64,000 bases of DNA from a virus (lineage: Duplodnaviria; Caudoviricetes), in IMG/VR virus record IMGVR_UViG_3300050156_000143, positions 160,001 through 224,000 of that record; one strand, 5' to 3'. This document shows positions 34,525-44,512 of the stretch, in pieces. Made by a program: the position numbers and the translations under genes. The stretch's first letter is position 1. Each line of letters opens with the position of its first letter. Below the pieces are notes generated by a model. It ran no database searches. It was not told where the DNA came from and saw only the letters and a list, made by a program, of their open reading frames with translations.

Positions 34525-35850
34525 ATGACTTTTTCAAATTGGATGTTGCTTAACGCGGTGCTACTCAGTCTGATTTCAGGGTGGTTCAGTGTGGACGGCA
34601 TGATGGCCATCTTTCCCGGCAATGAGTGGGCGATTGCCACCGCTGGGATGATTATGGAAATCAGCAAGTTGACCATGATTTCTTGGATCAAGTTGAATTT
34701 GAATGGTAAAAAGAGTCACCTCTTTGTTGCCATTGTGATTGCCACGGGGCTGGCCATTTTGACCTCATGCGGGGTTTATGGTTTTTTCGCAAAGCAACAC
34801 GCTAGCGCAGATTCCACAATGGGCGAAACCGGGGCCACCATTGACGAACTTAAATCCAATATTGCTATCAAAACCTCCCAGGTTGCTCGAAAAGTGGAGC
34901 AATTGGCAACATTAGACGCACAAGTGACTGCGTTCACGAATGCAAGTAAAAGTGGCTCCAAAGATGCCCTGTATGCTAGCAACCGTGCAACCAACGTTAG
35001 AAACGCACAGCAAGGCGAGAGAATTCAACTCAATACTGATATTGCCATGCTGGAAGCGGACATTGCCAGGTTGAATGCAACGTTGTCCACGGTGGCAAAG
35101 CATGATCGCAACCTTGCGGCTGACCTTGGGCCAGTGAAATATGCGGCATCCTTGATTTATGGGGCAAATCCAAATCATGCCCAAATCACCACCGTGACGA
35201 CTGGGTGGATTCTTATGATTGTGATGCTTTTTGACCCAACCGCGATCGTGATGTTGTTTTTCGCAACTAAGGCCAAAATCGAACAACCGGTGGAAACCAG
35301 CATTCCCGTGGCGGAAACCCCCAACGTAGAACCCACGATTGAGCCACAGATTGAACAACCTGTTTCTCAGCCTGAACCTCAAGATGTGGTGGAAGAACCG
35401 GTGAAGGAACGGCGCCCGCTTACGTTGAAATTCCACGTTGCTGATCCAGAATCTGAGATCATCACAGTGGGGCAAACAGTTGAGATTTACCGTGACGAGT
35501 CGATGTATTTCCACATTAACGGAAAACGGGTTCATCGTGACGTGGTGAGGTCATCAGTCCCTCAAATGTTTTTGTCTGATCTTGAGCGCACGCTGCCCGT
35601 CGAGACCTTTGGGGTCACTTTTCCCAAGAAAGCAGCCAAAGATGAATACTTCGTGCGCGTGGATGTGACACCTCATCGGCCTTATAAATTTGATGGAGTG
35701 GAGTGGAAACAAATGGGCAAAAACGCTAGTCGTCATGTGACGCCAGAGTATCTCTCATTTTTGGAACAACAGATTCAAGATGGGTTGTATGATGAAGCCA
35801 ACTTGACATCCGCTGAGAAATCCGTGATCGCCACAATGAAGCAAAAATGA
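34525..35850 (+). CDS. conserved large-phage membrane coiled-coil protein
   Basis: 3 N-terminal TMs, coiled coil, ADLGPVKY, TM LFDP.A, Pro/Glu linker. Confidence 0.8.
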   Translation: MTFSNWMLLNAVLLSLISGWFSVDGMMAIFPGNEWAIATAGMIMEISKLTMISWIKLNLNGKKSHLFVAIVIATGLAILTSCGVYGFFAKQHASADSTMGETGATIDELKSNIAIKTSQVARKVEQLATLDAQVTAFTNASKSGSKDALYASNRATNVRNAQQGERIQLNTDIAMLEADIARLNATLSTVAKHDRNLAADLGPVKYAASLIYGANPNHAQITTVTTGWILMIVMLFDPTAIVMLFFATKAKIEQPVETSIPVAETPNVEPTIEPQIEQPVSQPEPQDVVEEPVKERRPLTLKFHVADPESEIITVGQTVEIYRDESMYFHINGKRVHRDVVRSSVPQMFLSDLERTLPVETFGVTFPKKAAKDEYFVRVDVTPHRPYKFDGVEWKQMGKNASRHVTPEYLSFLEQQIQDGLYDEANLTSAEKSVIATMKQK

Positions 35851-36131
35851 ACACCAGAATGTTTATCACTATGCTTCCAGACAGTGCGTTGCGTGATGGA
35901 TATAGCGCTCTGAGCGAAACAATTGCTGATGATGTGTATCACCTATTTCAAGATGTGTATGAAGGCGATAACTGGGCAGTGATTGGTGCTATGCTTCATT
36001 ATGTGTCCTTGGAATTGCAACGCCAAACGGGACTTCGACGAAGGAAAAGACGACTTAATGGTCAACCTGTGAAATATTGGTGTGAAATTGTGGATCACGC
36101 TAGATTCACCGCTTGGGCGATGGGTTTATGA
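35847..36131 (+). CDS. hypothetical protein (C-terminal family)
   Basis: ends EIVDHARFTAWAMGL. Confidence 0.65.
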   Translation: MNTRMFITMLPDSALRDGYSALSETIADDVYHLFQDVYEGDNWAVIGAMLHYVSLELQRQTGLRRRKRRLNGQPVKYWCEIVDHARFTAWAMGL

Positions 36132-36442
36132 CGTTGAATTCAACAGTGATTCGCACGGTGATGATGCCGCTTGAACCCGTCATTGACGCTATGTCCACTG
36201 CTATTGCGCAAATATATGAAACTGTGATATATCCGACGTTTCCCCGGTCATATATTCGGAAACCACTGTCGCTATCTGAATCTTCCGGTATGGCGGGGGT
36301 GTACCAGCATTATGTGCTTTTGGAATTTGCCAAACTGTATGGAGTCAGACAGCCTGATTCTGGTTTTTACGCCGGGCCAGGTGTCATCAACCTTGACATC
36401 GTTGATGAAGAATTGTTCGCTGCGTTTCTGCTAGGGTGTTGA
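36128..36442 (+). CDS. hypothetical protein (C-terminal family)
   Basis: ends LDIVDEELFAAFLLGC. Confidence 0.65.
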   Translation: MTLNSTVIRTVMMPLEPVIDAMSTAIAQIYETVIYPTFPRSYIRKPLSLSESSGMAGVYQHYVLLEFAKLYGVRQPDSGFYAGPGVINLDIVDEELFAAFLLGC

Positions 36443-36467
36443 CAACGTTCTGAAAATTTGTGATAAT
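36439..36467 (+). promoter_or_regulatory. sigma70-type promoter for hsp20-clpS
   Basis: TTGACA-17 nt-GATAAT with TG extension. Confidence 0.8.
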
Positions 36468-36473
36468 TCCCCC

Positions 36474-36526
36474 ACGTTGACGGCTCACCCTGGGAGTCAA
36501 CGTTAACCTCGCTAATTTTACAGGAG
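36474..36526 (+). promoter_or_regulatory. ROSE-like RNA thermometer leader
   Basis: Hairpin ACGTTGA/TCAACGT, then CTCGCT pairing with the AGGAG SD with a bulged G. Confidence 0.5.
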
Positions 36527-36533
36527 AAATATT

Positions 36534-36974
36534 ATGCGACATTTTGAAATTCCGACATGGTTTGCACACATGAGTTCTGGCAACGTGGAACGATCCGCGA
36601 TCGATGCACTGTTTGCCGATCTGGAACGTGCAACCCGCACAGCAATCGATTCCCGCAAGTATCCGCCCACCAACATCATCAAAACGTTGGATGACGCCCG
36701 TGTCGTTGAAATGGCGGTGGCAGGTTTTGAAAAGGATGACTTGTCTGTTGTGACAGACCGAAAGCAACTGATTATCACTGGGAAACTTCCGAAACCATCG
36801 GATGTGGAATACATGACACGTGGCATCGCCCGTCGAAACTTTGAAACCACTGTGGAGCTACGTGATTATGAAGAAGTGCGCAACATCATCTTGAAAAATG
36901 GTATGCTACGCATTGAACTGGTGCTCAACGTGCCAGAACAAGCCAAACCAGTAACCCATAACATCGTTTCCTGA
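36534..36974 (+). CDS. small heat shock protein Hsp20 (IbpA-like)
   Basis: YPPTNIIK, EMAVAGF.K.DL, Y..RGIA.R.F, L.NGML.I.L. Confidence 0.93.
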   Translation: MRHFEIPTWFAHMSSGNVERSAIDALFADLERATRTAIDSRKYPPTNIIKTLDDARVVEMAVAGFEKDDLSVVTDRKQLIITGKLPKPSDVEYMTRGIARRNFETTVELRDYEEVRNIILKNGMLRIELVLNVPEQAKPVTHNIVS

Positions 36975-36988
36975 AAGGATTTCCCATC

Positions 36989-37285
36989 ATGGCTACTCAA
37001 AATGCCGTCAAGCCGAACAAACAACTGCAAGCACCCAAGTTTTGGAACGTGATTTTTCACGATGGTGTGAAGACGACTCATGAACATATCGTAAGTTGCC
37101 TAGAGGCATTTCTCCGGTATGAGTCTCATGCTGCCACTGATAAGGCCTATGAAGTTTCTGATGATGGTAATGCTGTGGTGGCCACATTGCCGTATGAGAT
37201 CGCAGAAGAAAAGGTGGCTGCTATCAACGGATGCTCTGACATGACGGGCAACGTGTTGAAGGTCACGATGGAAATGTCCACCTAA
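36989..37285 (+). CDS. clpS: ClpS-like adaptor with altered N-degron pocket
   Basis: P..W.VIFH....T.E.IV..L..F...A...A..V...G.AVV....EIAE.K. Confidence 0.8.
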   Translation: MATQNAVKPNKQLQAPKFWNVIFHDGVKTTHEHIVSCLEAFLRYESHAATDKAYEVSDDGNAVVATLPYEIAEEKVAAINGCSDMTGNVLKVTMEMST

Positions 37286-37941
37286 TCTATGAAGCAACAT
37301 TCGGCATAATAGACTGAGTGTTGCTTTGGATTACTAACCAACTCTACGCCACCACTCGTGGCGTTTTTCTTATGTGCGGTTCCACCGTATGCCCAAATTT
37401 TGACCTTACTGTGTTGATCTGATACTAGCACAGTGATGGGGGAAATTAGGGACAGGTTGCTGGGCACGGTGTCTAACAGTTCTTTGGCAGGTGGGGTGGA
37501 AGTGACTACCACGATAGATTCAACGTCACAGGCAGCGTTTAGTTCCTTGATGGTTTCATGTAAAAAAGCAACGTCTTCATACATGGCATCGATCTCAGTC
37601 GAATTTCCATACCATCCGTTCGCGCCAATGATAGCCACCTTGTCGGATATGGCATAATCATCGTGCAGATACACGATGTTGTCACGTGTTTCAGAAAATT
37701 GAGTGAAAACTTCTACTACTTGCGAGTTTGGTGTTCTAGAATTTTCCAAAGGGCCGTCGATGAAAAACACGCACTCATAATGTTCCCCAAGATGGTCTAA
37801 CACTTTCTTACACGTTTCCAAATCGTGGCTTATGTTTCCGGCCACCACGCACACATCACTTGTTGCTCGCAATTCCCAATCAAACGATTCATCGACTTGC
37901 AAATTTAAGTCGCTAATCAAATCAAATGTGTGCCCAGACAT
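37282..37941 (-). CDS. degenerate metallophosphoesterase-like protein, late gene
   Basis: FDLISDL, VVAGNI, FFIDGPLE, AIIGANGW; TAAATA on - at 37963. Confidence 0.65.
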   Translation of the reverse strand: MSGHTFDLISDLNLQVDESFDWELRATSDVCVVAGNISHDLETCKKVLDHLGEHYECVFFIDGPLENSRTPNSQVVEVFTQFSETRDNIVYLHDDYAISDKVAIIGANGWYGNSTEIDAMYEDVAFLHETIKELNAACDVESIVVVTSTPPAKELLDTVPSNLSLISPITVLVSDQHSKVKIWAYGGTAHKKNATSGGVELVSNPKQHSVYYAECCFID

Positions 37942-37973
37942 CTTATAACCCCTTTGTTCTGATATTTACCGCC

Positions 37974-38393
37974 ATGAATATTGCACAAATGAGCTTGAGC
38001 GACATGTTGACTCAACCTGATGCTCCACTTTGGAAACAAAAGAGGTGTCCGGTGCGCCCATCATTGCAAGAGTTGCACCACATTCATAGCAAGCTGAATG
38101 CCGCCTTGGGGCTGAAAGTGACCACGCCAAAACTCAGCATCAAGCGGATGAGGATGATTTATGGATTGTGTGTTGCGACCAATCCAGTAGAAATAATTTG
38201 TATACCAAATTGGCCAACATTGAGATTCCTTTTATCAATCATGGCTCATGAAATGTGCCATCAATATCAAGTAGAAAATAACCATCCAATGGATCACGAC
38301 GAATTTTTTTACAGTTTTTCACCCCGACTGCATTCACTTGGATTGCCACTGTGTGAAGTGTATGAGTTTCCGTTGCAGGTGATTAATGGCTAA
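37974..38393 (+). CDS. SprT-like zinc metalloprotease domain protein
   Basis: IMAHEMCHQYQ...H...F. Confidence 0.75.
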   Translation: MNIAQMSLSDMLTQPDAPLWKQKRCPVRPSLQELHHIHSKLNAALGLKVTTPKLSIKRMRMIYGLCVATNPVEIICIPNWPTLRFLLSIMAHEMCHQYQVENNHPMDHDEFFYSFSPRLHSLGLPLCEVYEFPLQVING

Positions 38394-39675
38394 TGGATTA
38401 ACAGGCAGAAAGCCTGGGGACATCTTTAAAAACCAAAATGGGGATATTATTCGATTTGATTCCTTAAAGTTTTACCCAGCGTCTGGCAATCTTAAACTCC
38501 AGGAGTTGAATTCATACCTTGATTCACACAATGTTTACTATGAGAATTCCCCGAGTTCATATTGTGGGGTCTCATTGGCGAAATTTGATGGCTCTGACCA
38601 ACTGAGTTGTCGGTTTTTCCGCAACGTGAATCAAGACCATAGAAGAAACTTTATCCCCAATATCGTTTATGGTGATTACAAACTTAGCTCAAAGCCAAGT
38701 GAAAAAACACGCTCCGGTATAACTCCACAAGACCTGATAGAAGGGTCTGAATTATCACCGGATGATGTTGTGAGACAGCTTGGTGAAAAATTGGGCCTAA
38801 ACCATGCTCTCACCACTATGACAAAAATGGTGGCAAACAATGATCCCTATCCTTATATTATCAAACCACCAAACAACATCGAGTTTGAACCATTTCGGGA
38901 TTATTTTTGTGAAGTGGTTCACCCCATTGCGTTAATGGTGGGGAATCATAGTGGCAATGGTGATGAAGCAGCCTCCAAGTTTTTGGGGACGGGGTTTTCA
39001 AATTGTAAAATTACTTACGGCAATTCCCAGAACACTCAATTTTCAGACAGCACATTGTCATTCCGGGGTAAAGTGGTTCACGTTTCGTCAAAATGTGGAA
39101 ACGGTGCGGCCACCTCTAGCGTCAGTAATTTACAATCGTATTTGGCGGGTGTGAAAGCCGATGCGCTATGGGTGGTGGAAGATATCGTTAATAATGGCCA
39201 GCACGATGCGCCCCTGATAATGGGGCAAAAGTTGGGGATTATTGATGAAAATGATGCCACCATCATCAAAAGTTATAGAAACCGGTTTCTGGTAGATTCT
39301 GAGAACATTTTAGATGGCCTGACTGGCAATCTTCTCGACTTGGCAAAAAACCGTGATTTTGTGGTTACTGAGGTCAGTATGTACAATCACTTGTTGGCAG
39401 CAGTGGCCAGAAAAGTGGCCGACACCGTGAACGCAGACGGAAAGTTTTCCATAGCGTGTGGTGAAATCTTGAACAACACGCCGTTGGTGCAAATGTACTC
39501 AAACGTAACGGTCAACGATGGGATGTGGATAGTAGACGGTTTTACTTCACTAATGCCCACTAGCGCAGTTTCTGATGTTAAACTCGTGGCCAAGAAGAGC
39601 TACTACAGCTCTGGGGTGAAGGGGAAGTACACCTTTCGCATCGTTCAAAAACCTCTCTCGGGGAAATCATCGTGA
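38386..39675 (+). CDS. conserved large-phage hypothetical protein (possible PD-(D/E)XK-like fold)
   Basis: GLTGRKPGDIFKN start; FSDS...VSSK.G.GA segment; fold call weak. Confidence 0.6.
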   Translation: MANGLTGRKPGDIFKNQNGDIIRFDSLKFYPASGNLKLQELNSYLDSHNVYYENSPSSYCGVSLAKFDGSDQLSCRFFRNVNQDHRRNFIPNIVYGDYKLSSKPSEKTRSGITPQDLIEGSELSPDDVVRQLGEKLGLNHALTTMTKMVANNDPYPYIIKPPNNIEFEPFRDYFCEVVHPIALMVGNHSGNGDEAASKFLGTGFSNCKITYGNSQNTQFSDSTLSFRGKVVHVSSKCGNGAATSSVSNLQSYLAGVKADALWVVEDIVNNGQHDAPLIMGQKLGIIDENDATIIKSYRNRFLVDSENILDGLTGNLLDLAKNRDFVVTEVSMYNHLLAAVARKVADTVNADGKFSIACGEILNNTPLVQMYSNVTVNDGMWIVDGFTSLMPTSAVSDVKLVAKKSYYSSGVKGKYTFRIVQKPLSGKSS

Positions 39676-39836
39676 AAATTGGCACCGGAATAGCGATCGT
39701 GGGGACATGGGTGTGTGCTATGACGACCCTGTGGTTCGTCGATGATGTGGGCGGCTTTTTCTGCCTGATTGCCGTGATCGTGGCTTACAAATTGACTGGT
39801 ATGTTTTTGGAACATGAGTTGCGTAATGGCGGTTGA
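39672..39836 (+). CDS. small membrane protein (54 aa)
   Basis: GTGA overlap; two hydrophobic stretches. Confidence 0.5.
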   Translation: MKIGTGIAIVGTWVCAMTTLWFVDDVGGFFCLIAVIVAYKLTGMFLEHELRNGG

Positions 39837-39863
39837 CTGTTCTACCCACCTTGGAGTTTCATC

Positions 39864-40187
39864 ATGACGACACTTTCTTTGCTACCTTGGTACACACCTT
39901 GGCATCCATCTGATAATCATGATCCATTGTTGCCACCGCCTGGCGTTGCTTTGACGGATAGGGTTGGCATCATTCGCCGCGATGGAGTTGAAGAACATGC
40001 AGTGGCAAATGATGTATGCTGGGATTGGGATAACCAATGGTGTGGTGGCCCTGACGACATCATCGCATTTTTTGTCAAAAATGCTGCCAGCTTGAATCTA
40101 CAATCTGAGTATTATGCTGCGGTCAAGCAGTCTTATTGCTGCCTACTAGGAGTTCATTGTGACGACCAAATTTGTTTATGCTGGTGA
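39864..40187 (+). CDS. hypothetical protein
   Basis: GGAG SD; W.W.....DDIIA. Confidence 0.6.
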   Translation: MTTLSLLPWYTPWHPSDNHDPLLPPPGVALTDRVGIIRRDGVEEHAVANDVCWDWDNQWCGGPDDIIAFFVKNAASLNLQSEYYAAVKQSYCCLLGVHCDDQICLCW

Positions 40188-40542
40188 TATGATAGAAGCC
40201 AATGGGAAATCTGTCAGAGAAAATAACCAAATGCTACAACATACGATCCCGTGTGGTGCAATCGTGCGAGAGGTCAATTCTGGCCTGGTTTGCTATGTGG
40301 CTACTCAGGATCGAGATTGCGATGGCACGCCAGTGTATGGTCTGACTATTAGACCAGAAATGGTCAATGCGACTGAACCACTTCATCCTGCTGGTGATGA
40401 TCCTTTTTTGAAAATGATGTATCAGATTGCGCGAGGCCAGTGGCAAATGGGGATCGACAGGGGATATGCCGAGGGAGATTTGGTTGTAGAACGAAACCCG
40501 ACGCCGCACGAGATTGCTAAATTTGGGGAATTCAACCAATGA
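40159..40542 (+). CDS. hypothetical protein
   Basis: AGGAG SD; DRDCDGTPVY motif. Confidence 0.7.
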   Translation: MTTKFVYAGDMIEANGKSVRENNQMLQHTIPCGAIVREVNSGLVCYVATQDRDCDGTPVYGLTIRPEMVNATEPLHPAGDDPFLKMMYQIARGQWQMGIDRGYAEGDLVVERNPTPHEIAKFGEFNQ

Positions 40543-40892
40543 CGACTAATTTAATCGACGCCTTCAATCAAGCCCAGCAGGCCGTCTACGACCATGTGGG
40601 ATATGTTGAAGGATATGTTGAAGAATGGTGCGTGATACCAATTGATGATCAAACCAATCGGTTCTGGAAAATTGTCGGAACGGAATCAGATGGTGTGGTC
40701 AGATTTGCCAGCACAGTTGCAATCTTGCAAGACGATGAAGCAGAGATGTACTATGAATATGTGATTTACACTCAACGGTTTTTGCCAAAATGGGTCTACC
40801 GTGGGGCAACTTATACCATGATCGTGTCTGACACCAGAACGGACGGCAACAAGGTGCTAGCCATTTTCTCAAACAACAGAGAAGTTAAGTAA
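40539..40892 (+). CDS. conserved phage hypothetical protein with 12-nt internal duplication
   Basis: HVGYVEGYVEEW; GGATATGTTGAA x2 at 40599..40622. Confidence 0.75.
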   Translation: MTTNLIDAFNQAQQAVYDHVGYVEGYVEEWCVIPIDDQTNRFWKIVGTESDGVVRFASTVAILQDDEAEMYYEYVIYTQRFLPKWVYRGATYTMIVSDTRTDGNKVLAIFSNNREVK

Positions 40893-40909
40893 CCAACAAA
40901 GGGGTTAAC

Positions 40910-41104
40910 GTGACACTCAAACTGACTCCACAAAAGACGGTGAACGGTGATGTTGAATATGTTTCCGGTGAATTCACTTTGCGCCGAGAGTTTGTGGAAG
41001 GGCACCGGATGTCCGTTGTTTGGGTGCTGCGTAAAAACCTGAAACGAATCGATTATTCAGCAGAATTGTCTGCTATTTTGGCCAGAAACGGTCTAACAAC
41101 TTGA
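40910..41104 (+). CDS. hypothetical protein
   Basis: AAGGGG SD. Confidence 0.55.
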   Translation: MTLKLTPQKTVNGDVEYVSGEFTLRREFVEGHRMSVVWVLRKNLKRIDYSAELSAILARNGLTT

Positions 41105-41518
41105 AAGGAAATGATGATGAAAACTGTTGAAAAAACTGACGAACAACTTGACGCGATGATTTACAGGGTGATGGCGGGCGTGGTGGTGTTTGGGGTGTCA
41201 GTAGTTATTTGGTTCCATCATTTTGGCTAAGTTGTTATGAAGCCCATCCCCCCATCAAGCGAATATTTGAAAGAAGAGAGTGGTCTTGGCGTATTGGTCT
41301 GCTTGTTGATTGCTTTCTTTCTCGGATTGATCGCCGTTGGCGCCATCATGTTAACAACCCCTGAACAGGCTGTGTGCCCTGCGCGCAATTCGGCATCGCC
41401 ACCTTGGTTGTGAACATTGACCTGACAGAGAGGTTGTTACACAAATGGCACCTCTTTTGTTTACACTTGTGTCACAATGTTCGTATCGACCACACCCAAT
41501 CCGACCATTGCGCCCCAT

Positions 41519-42721
41519 ATGATCAAAACAAGCAAGCACGCGATCAAATTTGCAAATCCCGGTAAACAACTAAAGTTACAGGAATTCTTGCGTGTTTATA
41601 ATTTGGCACTCCAATTTTACATTGATTATTTCTGGGAAACGCGGATACAGTGGGGAAAGACGGTTATGGACATCAAGCGCAACAAACTAGATGTTCCACC
41701 GTTTATTAGTACCGCATTATTACCAAAACCGTATCCTGACCTTAGTGCTAGGGTAATCGGGATCATTGCGTCCGAAGCATTGGGCGTCATTAAGACACAA
41801 ACAGAACGCCGCAAAAAACAGCTTTATGTGTTGGCCACTAAAATGCGAGTTGGCGACGCCCAATCAATCAAACGGTTACAGTCCAGAATAGATTCGGCGA
41901 CGTTGATGAAACCAGACCGATCTGGCTGTGCGACTGCGACTCTGAATATCAACTGCTGTGAATTTGTGAAAACTGACACCCATTTTGATGGGTTTTTGAA
42001 GTTGAAGAGTATTGGCAAATCTTTTGGGACAATTTGTATCCCGGTTGTATTTACCAAGCACACCAATTCGTTGATTTCTAAAAACTACCGTCAAATGACG
42101 ACTTGGCGAGTATCGTCTGATTTTGTCGTGAGCACATGTTTATCTCTGTCAGACGGGCAGTCCACACAAAAATGTCCACACGGGCATGATTTGGCATCGA
42201 TTTTGGATAAAATGGCCCGCAAGAGGCGCGGCAGCTTGGCAGCCAAGCGGTGCCAGGATCATCGCAAGAATTACATCAACTACTCAATAAACCGACTTAA
42301 TTTACATAATGTATCAGAGCTGCGTTTGGAGAAATTGCGTCAAATGCGGGCTGGACACCGAACCAGTACGGCGTTAACTCACTGGACTTACACCCAAATA
42401 AATGCACAGATAACTAGCCGTTGCGCAGAGCTGGGTGTCCCAGTTATTGAACAATCGGCGACTTATCGTAGTCAACGGTGCAGTAGTTGTGGGTGGACAC
42501 AAAAATCCAACCGGAAGAGAAAGGAGTTTGTGTGTAAATCGTGTGGTCAAATACACGACGCAGATACAAATGGCGCTCTTAACCATGAAGCTGACATATA
42601 TCGGCTCCCGTTTGGTTTCTACAAATTTAAGCACAATATCAGAGGATTCTTTTGGACAGCTTCTGGCGTTTGCGACGAATTTGGTCGGGCACTTACAGTT
42701 CCCGACGTGCAAAATGAGTGA
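41519..42721 (+). mobile_element. tnpB: IS200/IS605-family TnpB, no tnpA nearby, RuvC-I motif apparently missing
   Basis: RuvC-II LRLEKL, SATYRSQRCSSCG...CKSCG..HDADTNGALN; no G(I/A)D(L/Q)G before LSLSDG. Confidence 0.85.
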
Positions 42722-42859
42722 GTCACGTAGCAACGAGGCGAACTTGAACTGTAGCTGTAGCATGTGCAATCTGATAATTCCCATGTAATCACATTGGGTT
42801 TACACGTTCATCGTGGTGCGTGATACGATAGGGACACATCACCAAATGGAGCTAAGATC

Positions 42860-43048
42860 ATGGAAATCATTGTTAAAAAAGTTAAGCTGTCTGTTTGGAT
42901 GATCAAACAATTTCAGCATGCAACTTTTGAACAACTGGAGACCGCCAAGGTATTGGGGTTTGTGTGCAACATCGTTAAGGGTGAGTATAAGGCCATGCTG
43001 TTGGAGCAAAATGGTCAGTATTTTCGTATAGAAATGCGATCCATTTAG
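42860..43048 (+). CDS. hypothetical protein
   Basis: GGAG SD. Confidence 0.6.
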   Translation: MEIIVKKVKLSVWMIKQFQHATFEQLETAKVLGFVCNIVKGEYKAMLLEQNGQYFRIEMRSI

Positions 43049-43183
43049 CTTGCATTCCAGGACAACTACCAAAACGTTGTCCTCGACTACGCCAGCAATC
43101 GAGTGGTTACAGGCATATAATAGTGCCCGTGAAAAGTGTGTGGAACAATTGTTTGTTTAATTTTAGAAAGTGTGGATAACATC

Positions 43184-43384
43184 ATGGAAAATACTATTTC
43201 GTTTATTTTTTGCGCGGCGATTGCAATGGAATGTGTTGTGGCTACGATTCAGCACAATAGCTCATCAAATACGCCAAAATTTGAACTATCGCCGACTTGC
43301 CTGCGTCGGGTGCAGTTGGCATCATATTTGTTGCTTGCTAAGTGGATTTTGACTTCAATTTTGGGTGTAATCGGTGCATTGTGA
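43184..43384 (+). CDS. small membrane protein
   Basis: Two hydrophobic segments. Confidence 0.5.
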   Translation: MENTISFIFCAAIAMECVVATIQHNSSSNTPKFELSPTCLRRVQLASYLLLAKWILTSILGVIGAL

Positions 43385-43386
43385 GT

Positions 43387-43824
43387 ATGCCGCTAATAGC
43401 AAATGACACAAAACATCCGTTTCGTTTGGTTCGAGTGTGGGTCGAGGAGATATTATCATGTTCAAAGTGCCCTTCGTTTATCGTAAGTGGCAATAGCGCG
43501 ATATGCGACGATGCCATGTTCGCCAAAATCACGGGCAGTAACACATTGAGCGAGAGCTTTGGTTCTAGCATTGACCTAAATTGTCCATTTAGAACGGATG
43601 TGAAAGAACAATTTTGCCAAAGTGAGTTCACTCGTTTACTCAACTTGATTTCCAATATTGAACTAACACCAGCCCAACAGCTTGACGTGAAATATTCCAA
43701 GTTTGGCAAGACCAATGACTGTACGGGTTTTTGGCAATGGGACAACGAAACCTTGCTCAACACATTCGATGACATCAAAAAACTAGAACGCTTTTATCAA
43801 CATCTAACCACGAAAGACTCCTAA
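43387..43824 (+). CDS. Cys-rich hypothetical protein, paralogue A
   Basis: EILSCSKCP...C...CP...LTPAQQL...FWQWD. Confidence 0.7.
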   Translation: MPLIANDTKHPFRLVRVWVEEILSCSKCPSFIVSGNSAICDDAMFAKITGSNTLSESFGSSIDLNCPFRTDVKEQFCQSEFTRLLNLISNIELTPAQQLDVKYSKFGKTNDCTGFWQWDNETLLNTFDDIKKLERFYQHLTTKDS

Positions 43825-43825
43825 C

Positions 43826-44260
43826 ATGGCTTTCAAATTTGACCACAAGGTCGAGATCACTTCTTGTATGCGGTGCCCCAATCATTCAAACAGCACTCAA
43901 GAACACGATTGCGCCTTCACCTCTGCCCCATATCCATCTACTGACTATTGCAACCACGGTCTTTACCGCACCATGTATGGCACACGGATTCTCCATGAAA
44001 CCAACCTGTATTCAACGATTAGCGAAAAGTGCCCAGAACGCCCTGAAGTAATCGAGTACCACAATAAGCGCCAATTTATCAACACTGACCTGATTAAATT
44101 GACACCAACCATTCAGCAGCTCTCCAATGTCAAAATTGCAGCGTATGGTGAGCTGGATAGTAAAACCAAAGAGTGGCAATGGGATACAGCAAAGTTGATG
44201 CGCCATTTTAATTACTACGAGTTAGTCGATTTTTATAATTACGTATGTCGAAATGAATGA
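43826..44260 (+). CDS. Cys-rich hypothetical protein, paralogue B
   Basis: EITSCMRCP...C...CP...LTPTIQQL...EWQWD. Confidence 0.7.
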   Translation: MAFKFDHKVEITSCMRCPNHSNSTQEHDCAFTSAPYPSTDYCNHGLYRTMYGTRILHETNLYSTISEKCPERPEVIEYHNKRQFINTDLIKLTPTIQQLSNVKIAAYGELDSKTKEWQWDTAKLMRHFNYYELVDFYNYVCRNE

Positions 44261-44501
44261 ACACAAACGCCCCACTTCAAAGACCCCACAACTGGTTAGC
44301 ATTCGTGTCAACCCTCCAAAAAACGGTGATAAACTACTTGCTCTGAGCAAAGGTGGTAGACTGTTAGAGACAGTGTGGGGCCAAAATAGTCACCACACTT
44401 TCATCGCCACCATGCCTTACCCTGATTTGTCAGATGATCTGAAACACGAACTGTATCTGGCTTATCTCTCACCCCCCACTGTTACTCCACATATTTCCTG
44501 A
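44253..44501 (+). CDS. hypothetical protein
   Basis: 82 aa ORF. Confidence 0.6.
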   Translation: MNEHKRPTSKTPQLVSIRVNPPKNGDKLLALSKGGRLLETVWGQNSHHTFIATMPYPDLSDDLKHELYLAYLSPPTVTPHIS

Positions 44502-44512
44502 AAGGAACGACC

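Noticed and set aside
37290-37370. 13-bp hairpin plus a second hairpin as a small RNA
   Set aside because: Both lie within the 3' coding end of the convergent minus-strand gene and are best explained as terminators for hsp20-clpS
41100-42860. Autonomous IS605 element with tnpA and defined ends
   Set aside because: No HUH/Y1 or serine transposase ORF nearby and I could not identify end hairpins confidently
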